64,000 nt of DNA from Octopus sinensis (GCF_006345805.1 NC_043015.1:10540001-10604000); one strand, 5' to 3'; positions 39,987-54,272 are shown, numbered from the stretch's first letter. Notes: a model not told the origin generated them from the letters alone. A program made the numbers and translations.

Positions 39987-40867
39987 TGAGTTTGTAAATT
40001 TCATATTTCTGTGAATTTTTATTTATACGTTGTTGGATTTTTTTCGTCATTTTCGTCGTGTTAATGGAATTTCAAGCTCTGTTGATTTAATACTTCTACT
40101 TGAGTTACTTATTTTCGAATTCACCAGTTATTTGATCAACGTATGCTAGGCTGGATATAGTTGATGAATATGGATTCTTTTTTTCTCAATTATTATTATT
40201 ATTTGGTTTTTGGTGTTTCTTCAATTTTATTCTATGTCATTTTATGTTTTAAATTATAATTTGTTTTCTGCAAATTTTATAACATATAAAGTTAAGCGAA
40301 ATGCACACAAGCCTTCCCTCTAAATTCTCTTCCTTCTGATGACTCCGAGGGAATACATATAAAACGATATTTGTTTTTGTTTTATAATTCCTTTTTTCCT
40401 CATCTACACATTACGTTATACGTTCCATTGTAAGGGACCACGGGTTCATTGAAATTACTTTCCCTTATATTCAGAGATTATATCTCGCCAGATTTGAAAT
40501 GATTATCATTATTAATGTTACTGAACATTCAGAAATTACAAATTACGCAGATAGTTTAAGCCGCTTGCAATGTGTGTTCACAAACACACTCACGCACGCA
40601 TACACGCATACACTCGTCCACGTACACCTACATAAACACACATACACACATACACACTCACACACATGCAAGCCTGTATATACACCCATGTTCATGTGGA
40701 AACATGTGGATAAAAAGCGTACTCTAGTTCAACTACTCATAAACACTCTAATATACACTTGCAACATATCAGTATTTAGCTATATTTATACATATATGTG
40801 TATGTATAGGTTTGTGTGTATATATCTAAGCGTGTACATATATTTGTGTGTGAGTGAGCATATACAT

Positions 40868-40975
<108 letters not shown>

Positions 40976-40986
40976 GCATGTGTATA

Positions 40987-41720
40987 CAGTACCGTGCAAA
41001 AGACTTCGGCCACTTTAAAATATTGTAATTTTTTACTAATTTTGAAGGAAATGGGCAGATGCGAGATGACCACCAAAAGGAGCCATGCAAAATTTTTTGG
41101 CCACCTCACATAAACCAATCAAGATGCAGTGTTTTAAAACAGGTAAATGACTATAATGAAAATGTAATATTATGTTAATTTTAAGAAGTTACTGTACATT
41201 GTTAATATTTGATATAGCTTCAACATTTTCAGAGATATGAGATGCCGTTTTCTGCGGTTGAGCTCTCACAACTCTTCAAGATTGCGTAATTCTCTTGACG
41301 AACACGTCCCTTTAGTTCTGTCTACATTTGTCCGATTGTATTTAAGTCAGAGCTCTGAGCTGGCCAATCATTTAATGCGGTAATACCTTCATCAGCCAGA
41401 CCCTATCGTGTTGCACGCAATTTGTGACATGGAGATCCATCATGCTTTAAAATCTCACCTTCATCCAAGTCTGGTATAAAATGTTCCTTCAGCAACTGGA
41501 TTTATTTGGCACTAATTACGTCACCGTCAATTTTAATCAACTGTCTCCCCCGTCATTTATGTATTCGCAAAGCATCATAACACTTACCCCCAAACTTCAC
41601 TGTTTACGTAGTGTGAGGTGTAAGGTGGGTTGTTTTGCTTTCTAATAGGCGTAAATTTATCAGAAGGCCTCGAGGAAAGCGAGTCTGGAAAGTCTAAACG
41701 TTAGTATGCACCATGCTGTT
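40987..41720 (-). mobile_element. Tc1-like transposon 3' fragment
   Basis: End CAGTACCGTGCAAAAGACTTCGGCCAC after TA; minus-strand DWPAQSSDLNTI resembles the Tc1 WPAQSPDLNPIE motif. Confidence 0.75.
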
Positions 41721-42008
41721 TTCCTTCGCTTAACATTATTATTCTTATAAATAGTATATTATATGCCTGTGAATAGCTAGATTGGAATCAATTTTCTCAT
41801 AATTTCTTTTAAACTACAAGTTGTGATAAAGTTAACAGTTTTCCAGGTCATCGGATTACATTAGTAGACATTCATTTCAAGGTAGTCTGAGACTTATGAG
41901 TCAAGTAGCTACTAATTTAACTCTTCGTAAGTGCGACAGGTATAAAAGTTGTTTAGTACGTTGTTTTTACACAAGTATTTAATTCATGGAGATGTCAAGA
42001 AAATATAT

Positions 42009-42424
42009 AGGCGGCGAGCTGGCAGAAACTTTAGCACGCCGGACAAAATGCTTAGTGGTATTTCGTCTGCCGTTACGTTCTGAGTTCAAATTCCGCCGAG
42101 GTCGACTTTGCCTTTGATCCTTTCGGGGTCGATAAATGAAGTACCAGTGAAACACTGGAGTCGATATAATCGACTTAATCCGTTTGTCTGTCCTTGATTG
42201 TTCTCTCTGTATTTAGCCCCTTGAGGGTGGTAAAAATATAGGTATTTGTCTACCGTCACGTTCTGAGTTCAAATTCCACCGAGGTCGACTTTGCCTTTTA
42301 TCATTTCGGAGACGATAAATTAAGTACCAGTTACGCATCGGGGTTGATGTAATTGACTTAATGTCCTTGATTGTCCCCACTATGTTTAGCCCCTTGTGGG
42401 CAATAAAGAAATAAGAAATAAGAA
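42009..42424 (+). mobile_element. tRNA-head SINE family A, one full unit plus a headless second unit
   Basis: GGCGGCGAGCTGGCAGAAAC head, GAGTTCAAATTCC B-box twice, final tail GGGCAATAAAGAAATAAGAAATAAGAA. Confidence 0.92.
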
Positions 42425-42829
42425 CATATATTTGAATGCTATCATCAACACAACGAAAAGTTTCAGCGAGTAAAGACGTAATCTTTCTATGCGCGCAGAT
42501 CACTGCTGGAGTGTTAAGAGGGATAAATCTGATGCAAATAACAGTAGAAATTTATGGCACTGATATAGTACTTGCATATCGTTTCGTGTTATAAAATGTG
42601 TAACTCTACGCTTCTTTAAAAGTTGCATTTCATGCCTCATAAGACCTAGTGGACTAGGTACATGCTATAAATATATTTAGATTCCATTCATAAATGATAA
42701 TATGAGTGTGCTTGTGCACTACAGTTTCGATTCGTGTACGTGTACCCCATGATTAATATTTGGAAAAGCCTAACTGGTAATACATTTATAGATGACGAGC
42801 ACGTTTGAGCATATACACACACATGCACG

Positions 42830-42876
<47 letters not shown>

Positions 42877-43026
42877 TGTATATTCATACTCACAAAAGTA
42901 CGAAAGTGGAGTGCATGCATGCAATTATATCCATACACTCACATACATATAAGCATATTTACATACATACACACACACTCAGACGCACGCATGCACGCGA
43001 ACACACTCGCACATATAAACATATTG

Positions 43027-43069
<43 letters not shown>

Positions 43070-43254
43070 CTGTTAATATTGTATATTGGAGTATATACCC
43101 ACTTATATTGGAGAAATGTTACTACTAAATATAATATATTGAATATTCAACAGGTAACCAGCGATAATTAAATGTTTTACAACCCTATAAGAGGACCTTA
43201 TTATCTTGCATTGAATATATATATATATATATATATTATTATATACATATATAT

Positions 43255-43356
43255 TCTTCTTCTTCTTCCTCTTCTTCTTCTTCTTCTTATTATTATTATT
43301 ATTATTATTGATATTATTATTATTATTATTATTATTGATATTATTATTATTATTGA

Positions 43357-43392
<36 letters not shown>

Positions 43393-43400
43393 CATTATTA
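43255..43400. repeat. (CTT)n-(ATT)n compound microsatellite
   Basis: Visible. Confidence 0.95.
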
Positions 43401-44031
43401 CTTCATTGAGCTATATATGAATCTCCCTACGCTAAGTTAAAACACCATTTAATCCTAAGTAAGCCTCATGGACCTTCAGTACGAAGCAATACGCTACAGT
43501 GGATATGCGATTACCAATCCAGAGCAACCCAATTGTAATTCAGTTTACATAATAAGCAGGCTTATAGAAGAATATTTAAATGATCAATTATATAAATACG
43601 ATATCTATTCTTTCCACTCTGTGTGTTCTTAATCACATTGCCTCCATGATTGACAGCATCTGTATCATCTTACTGGATTTTGGATCCGAAGGCGCACATT
43701 CTGATATTGATCAGATTAATTAACTGCGCCACTGAATTACTTAGGTTGGCAGTAAATCGCACCATAAACATCAGTGCTATGCGGATTACAAGCATCGTTT
43801 GTGTCATGCGCCAATACTGAGTTACAATAATAATTTTGACAACTAAGAACTCCTACATGTATTTCACTAGAATTTTCTTTTCCGTCAGATGCATAGGTTT
43901 CATTTAAGTTGCAATCAGCATATAATACTGCAGTATATGATTATTGGATAGCCGATGACATACTAAACTGGTCAGGAATATATCATAGGAGAATTTACTT
44001 TTAAAGATCAAATCCTACCGCTATCCCATCG

Positions 44032-44063
<32 letters not shown>

Positions 44064-44174
44064 TCAAGTTGTAAACGCACTTAACAAGGTATAACTGCGC
44101 ATCAACAAACCTGCAGCTTTTGTGTATGATAAAAAAAATCTAGTAGTGACAGACCTGATCATATAAGATATATA

Positions 44175-44455
44175 TTTTACGTTTTATCTTTTATCATATA
44201 TTTGCTTCAGTCACTAGACTGCATACTACGGCAGATCGGGAAGAATTTTTAGTCGAATGAATCGACCACATTTCTCATTGTCTTATCAAACTGTTACTTA
44301 TTATATCGGTCTCTTTTGAAGAGATCCAAATCCACTTACAAGGTTTTGTTCTCCCCGAGGTTATAGTACAAGGCATTTGTTCAAAGCGTTAGGCCGTTGT
44401 TCTAAACCCGGAACCACGAGATTGGGAAACAGACTTCATCCCACACAGCACGCAT
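44175..44455 (-). mobile_element. SINE family B, degenerate
   Basis: Matches 55503-55922 in blocks (TTCAGTCA, AATCGACC, TACTTATT.TATCGGTCTCTTTTG, AACCCGGAACCA). Confidence 0.7.
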
Positions 44456-44846
44456 GCGAATTCTAATCTAAAAGGAGGACATATTTTTATACAGAAAGCG
44501 GGAATATGAAATGTAAATTTGGGAACACAACACATACCGAAAGTGGAAAGTTGAAAACACCTATAGAAATGTACATATAGTTATGCTCATATATGTGCGT
44601 ATATATACGCTTATATATACATATATATACATATATGTGTGTGTGTGTGGTGTGTGTGTCTGTCTGTCTGTCAGTGTCTATGTCTGTGTATCTATATATA
44701 TATATGTACGAATGTATGTATATATGTATGTATATATAGGCTTACATACAAACATATAAGAACATTTTATGTATATGTGTATATGTTTTCCATTTTATGC
44801 ATGTGTTGTGTTCCGAAATTAAATTTTTATTCCTTCTTTCTATATA

Positions 44847-45724
44847 CGAGAATTAATCCAAAAGTGTACCCGAAACGTTGTCTATGGGACAATCCGGTTG
44901 TAGTTCAGGCTTCCATCTCTAGAGGCCAGTTGGTGAAACCCTCAGGTCTGCCAACTGTCGTCCTCGACGCGTGCGCTAGTAATGGCACGTGGTCTGTCTT
45001 TGATTTGCAGTGCTTCTCCACTCTGTCGTCAGTTTCTGCGATGCTTCAAATGAAGAAACAATATGCCTCCGTGAAACTCTGTTTTCTGCTGTCATGTTTC
45101 AAATAACAACGACTCTGTCATGAGCAAAACAACACACGAGTGGTCTTCACGCTTTATGAATCGTCTCATGTTGCCTGAAGACCAGCCTCGTTGAAGGCTA
45201 CTGTCGACGTCTCGAATAGATGAAAACATCATGAAAGTTCGGGAACTGGTCTGGGAGGATCGTCACCGAACAATTGACAAAATTGTTGCTATGGCTGGTG
45301 TGTCCTATAGCTGCAAACAACGAATTTTGAGCGAGGAATTGCGAACGAAATTAGTTATAGGAAAATTTGTGCCTCGCTTGCTCACGGAAGATAAAAAGCA
45401 GCCACGACCGACCGAATGCGTGTGTTGAACTGAAAGAACAGTTCAAAGTTAATCCGGATCTTTTCCCGTAGGTCGCTACAGGTGACGAAAGCTGGTGCCA
45501 CAAATTTGCAAATGTGGAAGTGATGACGAAGCAAACGACGGAGGCGTTAAAAGGTGAGTCTTCGCAAGAGTTCCAGCATTGCTTCCAACAGAGGAAAACG
45601 CATCTGGACTGACCCATTGCTTCAAATGGAGAATCCTTTGAAGGCGATAAGTGGATAAACATTTAAAACTAAATGAATAAAATATTGCAAAATTTCAGTT
45701 TCTTTTTGGCGACACCCACGCTCG
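44847..45724 (+). mobile_element. Decayed mariner element
   Basis: DENIMKVRELVWEDRHRTI..GKFVPRLLTED and TGDESWC; TA-CGAG...CTCG-TA ends. Confidence 0.8.
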
Positions 45725-45789
45725 TAAGTACATAGTTCCTTCTGTGTAGATAGTATAATTATATATGCTATATATACTACAAAAGACGC

Positions 45790-46074
45790 AACGAACATTT
45801 TCCAGCCACTCCAGCGTACTGTGATGCTTCTTTTCACTGCTGAAGTGATGGTGTGTGGTATTCCACTCTGTGACCTGGCGGGGGAGAATCTACTGAGGTC
45901 ATGGTCATTTAAATACTTACTGCTGCAGCTTAGTCTGAGGAGGAGGACTACTTCCCTCGCGTTTACATTACAAAACTACACTTCACTCTCACAGACTACC
46001 AGAATGCATTTCTCCACAGCAAAATCTATGTCTATAGATGTATACATACATACATACATACATGCATGTATAGG

Positions 46075-46107
<33 letters not shown>

Positions 46108-46365
46108 ACACTGATCCACACACATGCGCACAGACAAACAAAAAGGAACACAATGTGAGTAACGGACAAAGTCCACGTCTTTGGAAAAGGTTCCAAGACG
46201 CAACGAAACTTTTAGAAAAATAATAATAAATAAGTGGAAATTTTACTGGTGAGTGTGTTAAATTGTAAGGCACAAAACAAGAATGACACAACAGTATATG
46301 CTTCAACACACGAACTTACATAAAGAATCTTGCAAACCAAATCCCAAAACGAAATATATACTACA
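45790..46365 (+). mobile_element. Dispersed repeat, same family as 5100-5603
   Basis: Long reverse-complement match including GGTATTCCACTCTGTGACCTGGCGGGGGAGAATCTACTGAGGTCATGGTCAT. Confidence 0.8.
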
Positions 46366-46407
46366 GTTCTCCAAAGAAATTACATTACTTCTGACCTTTC
46401 TCGGATG

Positions 46408-46574
46408 AGATGCGCATGAGATCCCATCTCATGCGCATCTATAATATATTACACATAATATATTATAAAAACTATTTATATTCACAGTGATATTCATATT
46501 TGTATTTTATAATATATTACACATAATATATTGTAAAACCATTTATATTCACAGTGATGTTCATATTTGTATTC
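46408..46574. repeat. Perfect 15-bp hairpin followed by two ~67-bp tandem units
   Basis: AGATGCGCATGAGAT-CCC-ATCTCATGCGCATCT; units 46441-46508 and 46509-46574. Confidence 0.95.
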
Positions 46575-47932
46575 ATGAATTGTATGTATTGTGTACTGTC
46601 GAATCGCTCGGATCTACAGATATAGATGCATTATCGTGAAATTTAGCAATATTCATGACTTCGTGTGTCTTCTTTCATGTCCAGGTTATTTGTCAGCGTG
46701 AAATGTATTTTCGGAAGAAATAAAACCGCTTCATCACAAGTAACAATCCCAATGTTAGGATGTATGGGTACTAGTAAACGCTGACTAAATATTCAAAGTT
46801 GATTTGATATAAAAAGAGATTTTATCTTGCAATATAAGAGATTCCGGTATTTTCGCAAAGTGTAAAATGATACTAATGTCATGTACATCTGATTATCTAA
46901 CTGTCCCTATTGCGCGAGTTGTTTTCAAACCTTAAAAAATTTGTCGCTTACATATATACAGATTTTCACTCACAAATGCAATCTGACTCAATATTTCTGC
47001 ATATGGATGTACATACTTTTAATGTATATATTACCCAAAAAGACCTTTTCTGCTATATGCTTTATGCTATGTATATTGGCAGTTAAGCAAAAAGCTAATA
47101 ATAATCCATAATTTAGATAGAAAATTATAGTGTGGTCAATTTAATCCACAAGTGGATTCACAACAGGACAGTACATGACAGGATATGCATTACATGAATA
47201 TATACAGAGAGGTGTAGTAATATGTATATCGAATAAGAACGTTTTTATACAAAGCTATTAGGGTGCTTGGTTTGTATAGAATATATACATAATTTTAGAA
47301 GCCAAGCAAATTTTATGTTTCGTAGCCATATATTCCTATTTTCAAATTCAAACAGTGGCTGTTATATTATTGTATTTATTATCTGAGAGTAAACAACAGT
47401 ATCATATGAAATTGCTTTCAGAAGGGGATTGTCTGTAGACAGCTCCAAATTCTCCTGAGTTATCGAAAGACACTGCTCTTTTGGGAGCATTTGATATTTA
47501 ATTCTATAGTTGTATACGCGATCATGTAATATTTTCTGGATATCATACATATATATGTATGACACTCGAAGTTTTAATAATAGATACACAATATGAAATA
47601 TCAGATAATATGTACCTATTCCATAAAGTTGTACACAAACATGATCTAGAAAATAATAACATCGTAAGATCAATCATGCTGGGCAAAACAATTACTATTC
47701 GTATCACTCTGTCCCTCTGTTACTCTTTCTCTATGTATCTCTCTTACCCTCTCAAACTCTTTCATATTGTATCTTTCTCTTCTTCTCTCACGCGCGCTCA
47801 CTCTCTCTATACATATATATATATATGTATATATATATAGAGAGAGAGAGACATACAGACAAACAGACACGCAGACGGAGAGAAATACAGAAAAAGAGAC
47901 AGTGAGAATGAAAGATAGATAAGCATAATAAC

Positions 47933-48106
<174 letters not shown>

Positions 48107-50039
48107 TAACAATAAGGATGGACATTTATATATTTCATGAATGCCTATCTACATACCTTTCTGCATCTGCATATCACATTCTTGATTGTGACAATATACT
48201 CATAAAAACTGACTGTTATTAATATTGTTTTTAATATGTATGTATCTTAAAGAAGACGGTTACTTCTTGTGCATATTTGATCAGGCATTGTGCATTAATG
48301 GTTTCTGATTGCATCTATGTTTAACTTGAGAATATTTACCATTATATACCAATCGGAATGTCCTGTTAAATTTTTGAGAGGTGGGTGTGAATCACGTTAA
48401 CCTATCAGAGGCATAGATATGTAGATAATAGTTAAATATATAGACACAAGTTTAAAAAAAAATGAAAGAGATAATACTGTGCGTCGTTTTGAGATCATCG
48501 CTGGCTGACAGAAGGAAAGAGGAAAGAAAGAGAAAAAAAAACAGAAAATATATCAGGAAGATACACATTGTAGTTGACTGCGTGAGTTAAACACCTCCTC
48601 ATTCCCTAATGATTTGATAGAGCTGTAAATATAAAGAACAAAGTTTTGTTTCGTTAAAATCAATTCCAGATTGCACTATATAGACGCCAGATATGACATA
48701 TTTTACATTGAGAGTCGTGTCATTAGTTATTTTATAGTCTCCTGATGTGCTTTCAATGAAGCTCCCTGAACACAGCGTGCTATCTGTTCGCAAGTGTTTT
48801 TATTCTATTTATTTATAGTTGTAGCTCGTCCTCATTTTCATCATTTCTTTTTTGTTTAGATCTATTTCATTAATATATTTATGAAATATATCTGACATTA
48901 ATATGGTTATGAGTTACGCCTCTGACCGTGATAATTATAATCCGTTACGTTAATAAATGTTTCTAATAAATATTATTCCATATTCACAAATCCCTTTAGG
49001 ATACGATTCATATTTGTTTGGTGTTTGTTTCATAATGTTCTTTTCAAGTTTAATTAACGATTTTTTGTGCCTACATCATAATAAAATTCCCACATATTTA
49101 TTAACTATGTTTTTCGTGCATATACTAATTTATAGTTTCTTCTCATTATAGGCTGCAAACCCGTGATATTCTGTCATAGGTTTTGGCATTTTTCAGTATG
49201 GACCGTTATTATATATAATCCTCTCCTCTCCATTTTAATATTGAGAGCTGAGTAACTAATGATGTGCAGAGACTCTTATTTTCATTTGTAAAGGATGGAA
49301 GGTGATTTCTAGGGCAGTTTTTCGCCGTGTCTGCCGTTGTAACGATGTACACATATTTCTGTGTACTTAGTTGAACTTCACATTTATAACTAGCATTTCG
49401 TCTCATGCAGTTCAGAAACTTACAATCGCTTTTACATCTACATATACATGTTATTAAGAAGTTTATCCGTTCTATTTTACTCTTTTTCGACACATGGCTT
49501 ATTTGTTGCTTCCTGTGGTATCTGACTGCATGTTTTGGCTTCTAATTAAAAATTATAAAGAGGGTGATGATAGTTATGTTGCCCTCTTGACACAGGAGGT
49601 CCTCAAAGTATAATCATGGAATGCCACCGTCCAAGATGTACCTGAACATCAAGGGCAGGAGTCCTCTCCAATTACTCTGCTCCGACTCACAAGTATATAC
49701 TTCCACTTTTGGAATTTTTGCAACTTTCACCCATCTTTCAATAAGATTATTTGAAGACAACACCTTCTCTCCTCCCTCACTTACTTACTTTTTCAACTGT
49801 AACTTGGAAAAACTGTGCTTTATCAGGGAGGAAATTATCTATTCCCGTACCATTTAGCGTTGATCACGAGACAATATCTTTCGCCACCACCACAAAGCAA
49901 AAGAAATCTGCCTTACCTGCTCGATTAAATGAAATCGGTGGGGCAACCTTCATTATGGACTTGGCAAAGTGATGATTCCGTCCCACGTGCGACAGCAGCG
50001 GTCCTACATAATTTCACAGGTTAGCAATGCCCAGGCACA

Positions 50040-51210
50040 AAGGGCTCTTAATAGTATTTAAAGAACTAAAACAATACGATATCACAAAGAAGGAAAAGAC
50101 ATCAAGATATCAGCAACGAATTAAACAATTCCAACAAAACAAGCCCTGCAAGATTTACCAAAATAAGTTCTACCTGGAAAATAATGGAGGATTTGCAAGA
50201 GAAGTACTACTCCCAAAAGAAGAGGAGTGTAATGTTTTGGGGTAATATTTAGAGTAATCGAGAACAGAATAAAACGGCTGAATGATTAACAGGTCTGAAG
50301 AAAGCTTTTTAGGTGTGAAACAGTCAGAAATTATAATGACAGAAAGGAATGTTTGAGAAAGGGTTGAACGTAAGAGCGACTGAAATTCACCTAGCCGAGT
50401 CTGATTGGAGGGCTAGTGGATAACGATATTAATGTGGGCCACGTAAGGATTGCAAAACAGTTTAACGTTCTGATAGTTGCTGAACAAAAGCAAAATATTC
50501 TTATGCATGAAGGTGAAAGCTGTCGAGAACTGCTGAACAATATCATGTGGAAGTTAATGACAAAAAACAATTGTTTGCCGATAAGAAATTTAAATGCCTG
50601 GGTGAGAATAATATATTTTTCAGAAGAGCAGAAGAGTGTTAAACAAAACTGTAGGTGCACTAGAGATTCATTGCTAATTTATGAGACAGTACTAAGTATC
50701 TGTCAAAATAGAAGACAAATTTTGCTTACTGGACGGCGTTTGATTTCATCCCACACACATGGATTAAGAATGCCGAGATATGTGTGGAATTTCAAAGACT
50801 ATGGAAAACTTACTGGGAATGTATGGAATGATGGAATAAATTTATTATAACTGAAATCAGTAAAAGTACATTTCAATGATTTGACCCCATTGTTGTTTGT
50901 ACCGTGCTAGGGCCCTTGACAATGATGTTTAGAAGGACTAAACGACGGTTTAAGTTTAGAGGATAACATCAAAGTGTCAATCATTTATTATTTAGGGATA
51001 ATCGGAAAAGACGTATCCCCAAATAGTCCACGTGTGGGCACGTTGCATGACTTTAAATTGCACATCCTAATGGGAATTTTTCCATACTCTTTCCGAAGCG
51101 AAGAAGATCAAACAACTGGACGTAATAGCAATGCATTCAGGAGATGTTTGATGATAATGATCACAAACCTTGATCGGCTAGTGTAAAGAACACACAGAGA
51201 AAGTGCCTGG
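50040..51210 (+). pseudogene. Decayed R4/Dong-like non-LTR retrotransposon RT
   Basis: RYQQRIKQFQQNK..QNKFY, IMWKLMT, EEQKSVKQNCRCTRDSLLI (EEQKGC..RGT.DQLLID-like), AFDFIPHTWI, L.PLLFV, EEIKQLDV-like. Confidence 0.7.
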
Positions 51211-52099
51211 TATTCTAAAACTTCAAATAACATGCAAGTATTTCCTTAAATTGATTATCATTATTACACAAGCTTATCGGCATTATTATGCAATTGATCT
51301 TAATCACTTCTTTATTATCCGCAAAAATGCAATGCGATGTTAGATACGCACCCTAATATGTGTCTTTTTTGAAAATCAAAGTTAAGAAAGTACTGATAGG
51401 AGGTGAGTGCAAGGCACTGATGGCGACGCCCAACTTCATACACATTCTGGTAGTGAACTAGCATCCTTACGCACTAACACACACACATGCGCGCACTAAC
51501 ATACATACATGCATGCGTGCCAGCAAGTCATGCATATGGGTTCTTCCCCGACCATAGTCTTAAGATCTAAGACTCACGTGTGGTGCACATCCATAATATA
51601 TCACAAATTGAGTAAGGTAAGGTATAAATAAAAATAGTCATTGGTACAATAGGTTTACCGTAGCAGGAGTGGCAGGTGTCTCTGCGCACTTTATACCAAA
51701 GAGTTATTCCAGATACTATTGAACACAAGTAGTCAGTTAAAAAATAAAAGATACATTAAGATATTTCGGCATCACCAGATCGGCAACTGCCTCAGATGAG
51801 ATATACTGGCTGACTGCTAATAACACACCGCATACTATCGAACATAAGCACTAGTCACTATATTCTCGTACCATTATACTTTCTAAATTCAAAATATATC
51901 ATATATTCGAATACTGCATATGCTCTGGCATTTCCTTTACCGTTATATATATATCCCCACATTTTCACACCTATACATACAAACACGCACATTTGAAGAC
52001 CACCAGCCCTCTTTCACACGCATATAAGTACTCTTTATACACACGCGCACCTTCGTTTTTGTTATCTCCACTACTACTTCGCTCTCCTGTGTGACCCTA

Positions 52100-52270
52100 C
52101 AGTCTACACATTTTTTTCTCTCCTAGTTTCTTTCTGTGTTCCTTTCTGTGGACGAGAGTAGGCTCGAAATGTAAAAGATGTTTTAATTCCCGAGCGTTAA
52201 ACTAATACATATGTTTGTTTTCTACACCACCTCTATTCGTCTTTTGTTTGTTTTTTTGTAAATTCTCCCT
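52100..52270 (+). mobile_element. Short dispersed repeat, probable Penelope 3' tail with hammerhead relic
   Basis: GAG-AGTAGG-CTC-GAAA-TG-TA-AAAGA; aligns with 28745-28910. Confidence 0.55.
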
Positions 52271-52967
52271 AAATATATATATATATATATATATACTATA
52301 GCAATGCTAGGCTCAAAGATATTTTTCCAGCATATAGGATGACACCAATAACATTATGACATTACCAAGAAATGTATAACACCTGGCGATGGATCACTTA
52401 ATGCAACAAACGGTCTGGACACATACTATTCCTATAAACGGAACCGCGATCTTGAATGCATTTAATATTACACTCACTCACAGGAATACTATTAAGCTAT
52501 TGTACATATTGTTAGTAATATATATATATATACACACGCACATTATACACTAAGAGTGATGGAATTGCGTGCATGTCAATGGTAGTGGTATTTTGAGTGA
52601 GTTACAGCGTTACATTATATACTGGCCTGTGCATATGTTATGTGAATATGTGCGCGCATCTACATGTACACGCGTATGAATGTCTATCTTCATGTGTATG
52701 CAACGAGTAGATGTGTGTTTGTACGTTTGATTCGACAATGTCTCTGTTCAAAGAAACTGTTTACGAACGCAGCAACCGAGGCCAGTAACTGCCAAAAGGG
52801 ACATCGTTTGACCCTGATACACTGTAAGTGTCAAAGGTGAAACGTGTGTTTTACCAAACAATAAACTGATAACCAGACGTAAGACGCTTAAATAAACGGT
52901 GCAAAAAGAACATATTATTACATATTTGTAAACAAACAATCGGACATTTAATGTCCGACTCATATAC

Positions 52968-53012
<45 letters not shown>

Positions 53013-53046
53013 TGTCTGTCTGTCTGTCTGTCTGTGTGCATGTATG

Positions 53047-53077
<31 letters not shown>

Positions 53078-53543
53078 GTAAGTATGTATACTCATGTTCA
53101 CATGCTCATGATTGTCACAAGTAGAAAATAAAGAGCAATATTTGTATTAGAGTCGCAACATTTAATATAAATACCAGTTAAATAAATAATATATACTCTA
53201 CTGGGTATTTAACATACATATTGTCGCTCTTTGCCAGTACGAAATATGTCAATACATGGGTATGAATATCCGCCCAGTGGTGTGTGTGTTTGGTTGCGTG
53301 TGTTTGTGTGTGTGTGTGCGTTTGCGGGTACAAGTGCATGTGTTTCTGTGTGATGTGTGTGTCCCTGTGCATTTATATATGTGTACTATTTGGTTCTGAT
53401 AAATACGCTGGTCCATTATAAGAAAAGAACTCCATCATGAAAGCAGAGTATTTTCGATTCAATTACATTCATACAACACGGCCAGCTTGCTATCAGCTAA
53501 GCAAGTTTTCATAGAATCTCATTAGAGATGTTAAGCTATATAT

Positions 53544-53623
<80 letters not shown>

Positions 53624-53656
53624 TACGTACATATCTATCTATCTATCTATCTATAT

Positions 53657-53723
<67 letters not shown>

Positions 53724-54069
53724 CTTAAGCACATTCATCTATACCTAGACACGCACAGATACACACGTATGTAACAAATATACATTTTGTATGCAATTAT
53801 GTATGTATATGTATATACATAAGCACATACATACATGGAAACGGTTGTGTATATAAGCGCGTATGTTTTTCTTGTATGTGGGTCCTAGCATGTGTCTTGG
53901 TGTAGGCAACTATCCAACATTGCTCATAAAGTTTACACGAGATTAATCCATGCAATTTAGATAGAGACACACTCAACTGCTCAAATAATAATGATGATGA
54001 TAATGATAATGGTTGTTGCGGTGTCGGTGACGTCGGCGACGATGTTAACATAGATAACACTAAGTATAC

Positions 54070-54133
54070 TAATAATGATAATAATAACAACAACAACAAC
54101 AACAATAATGACAACAATAATAATAATAATAAC

Positions 54134-54210
<77 letters not shown>

Positions 54211-54211
54211 C

Positions 54212-54271
<60 letters not shown>
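54070..54271. repeat. (AAT)n/(AAC)n microsatellite
   Basis: Visible; source of the poly-L and poly-I ORFs. Confidence 0.97.

Positions 54272-54272
<1 letters not shown>

Noticed and set aside
48599-48793. 64 aa natural-looking minus-strand ORF
   Set aside because: No splice acceptor on that strand and no recognisable family
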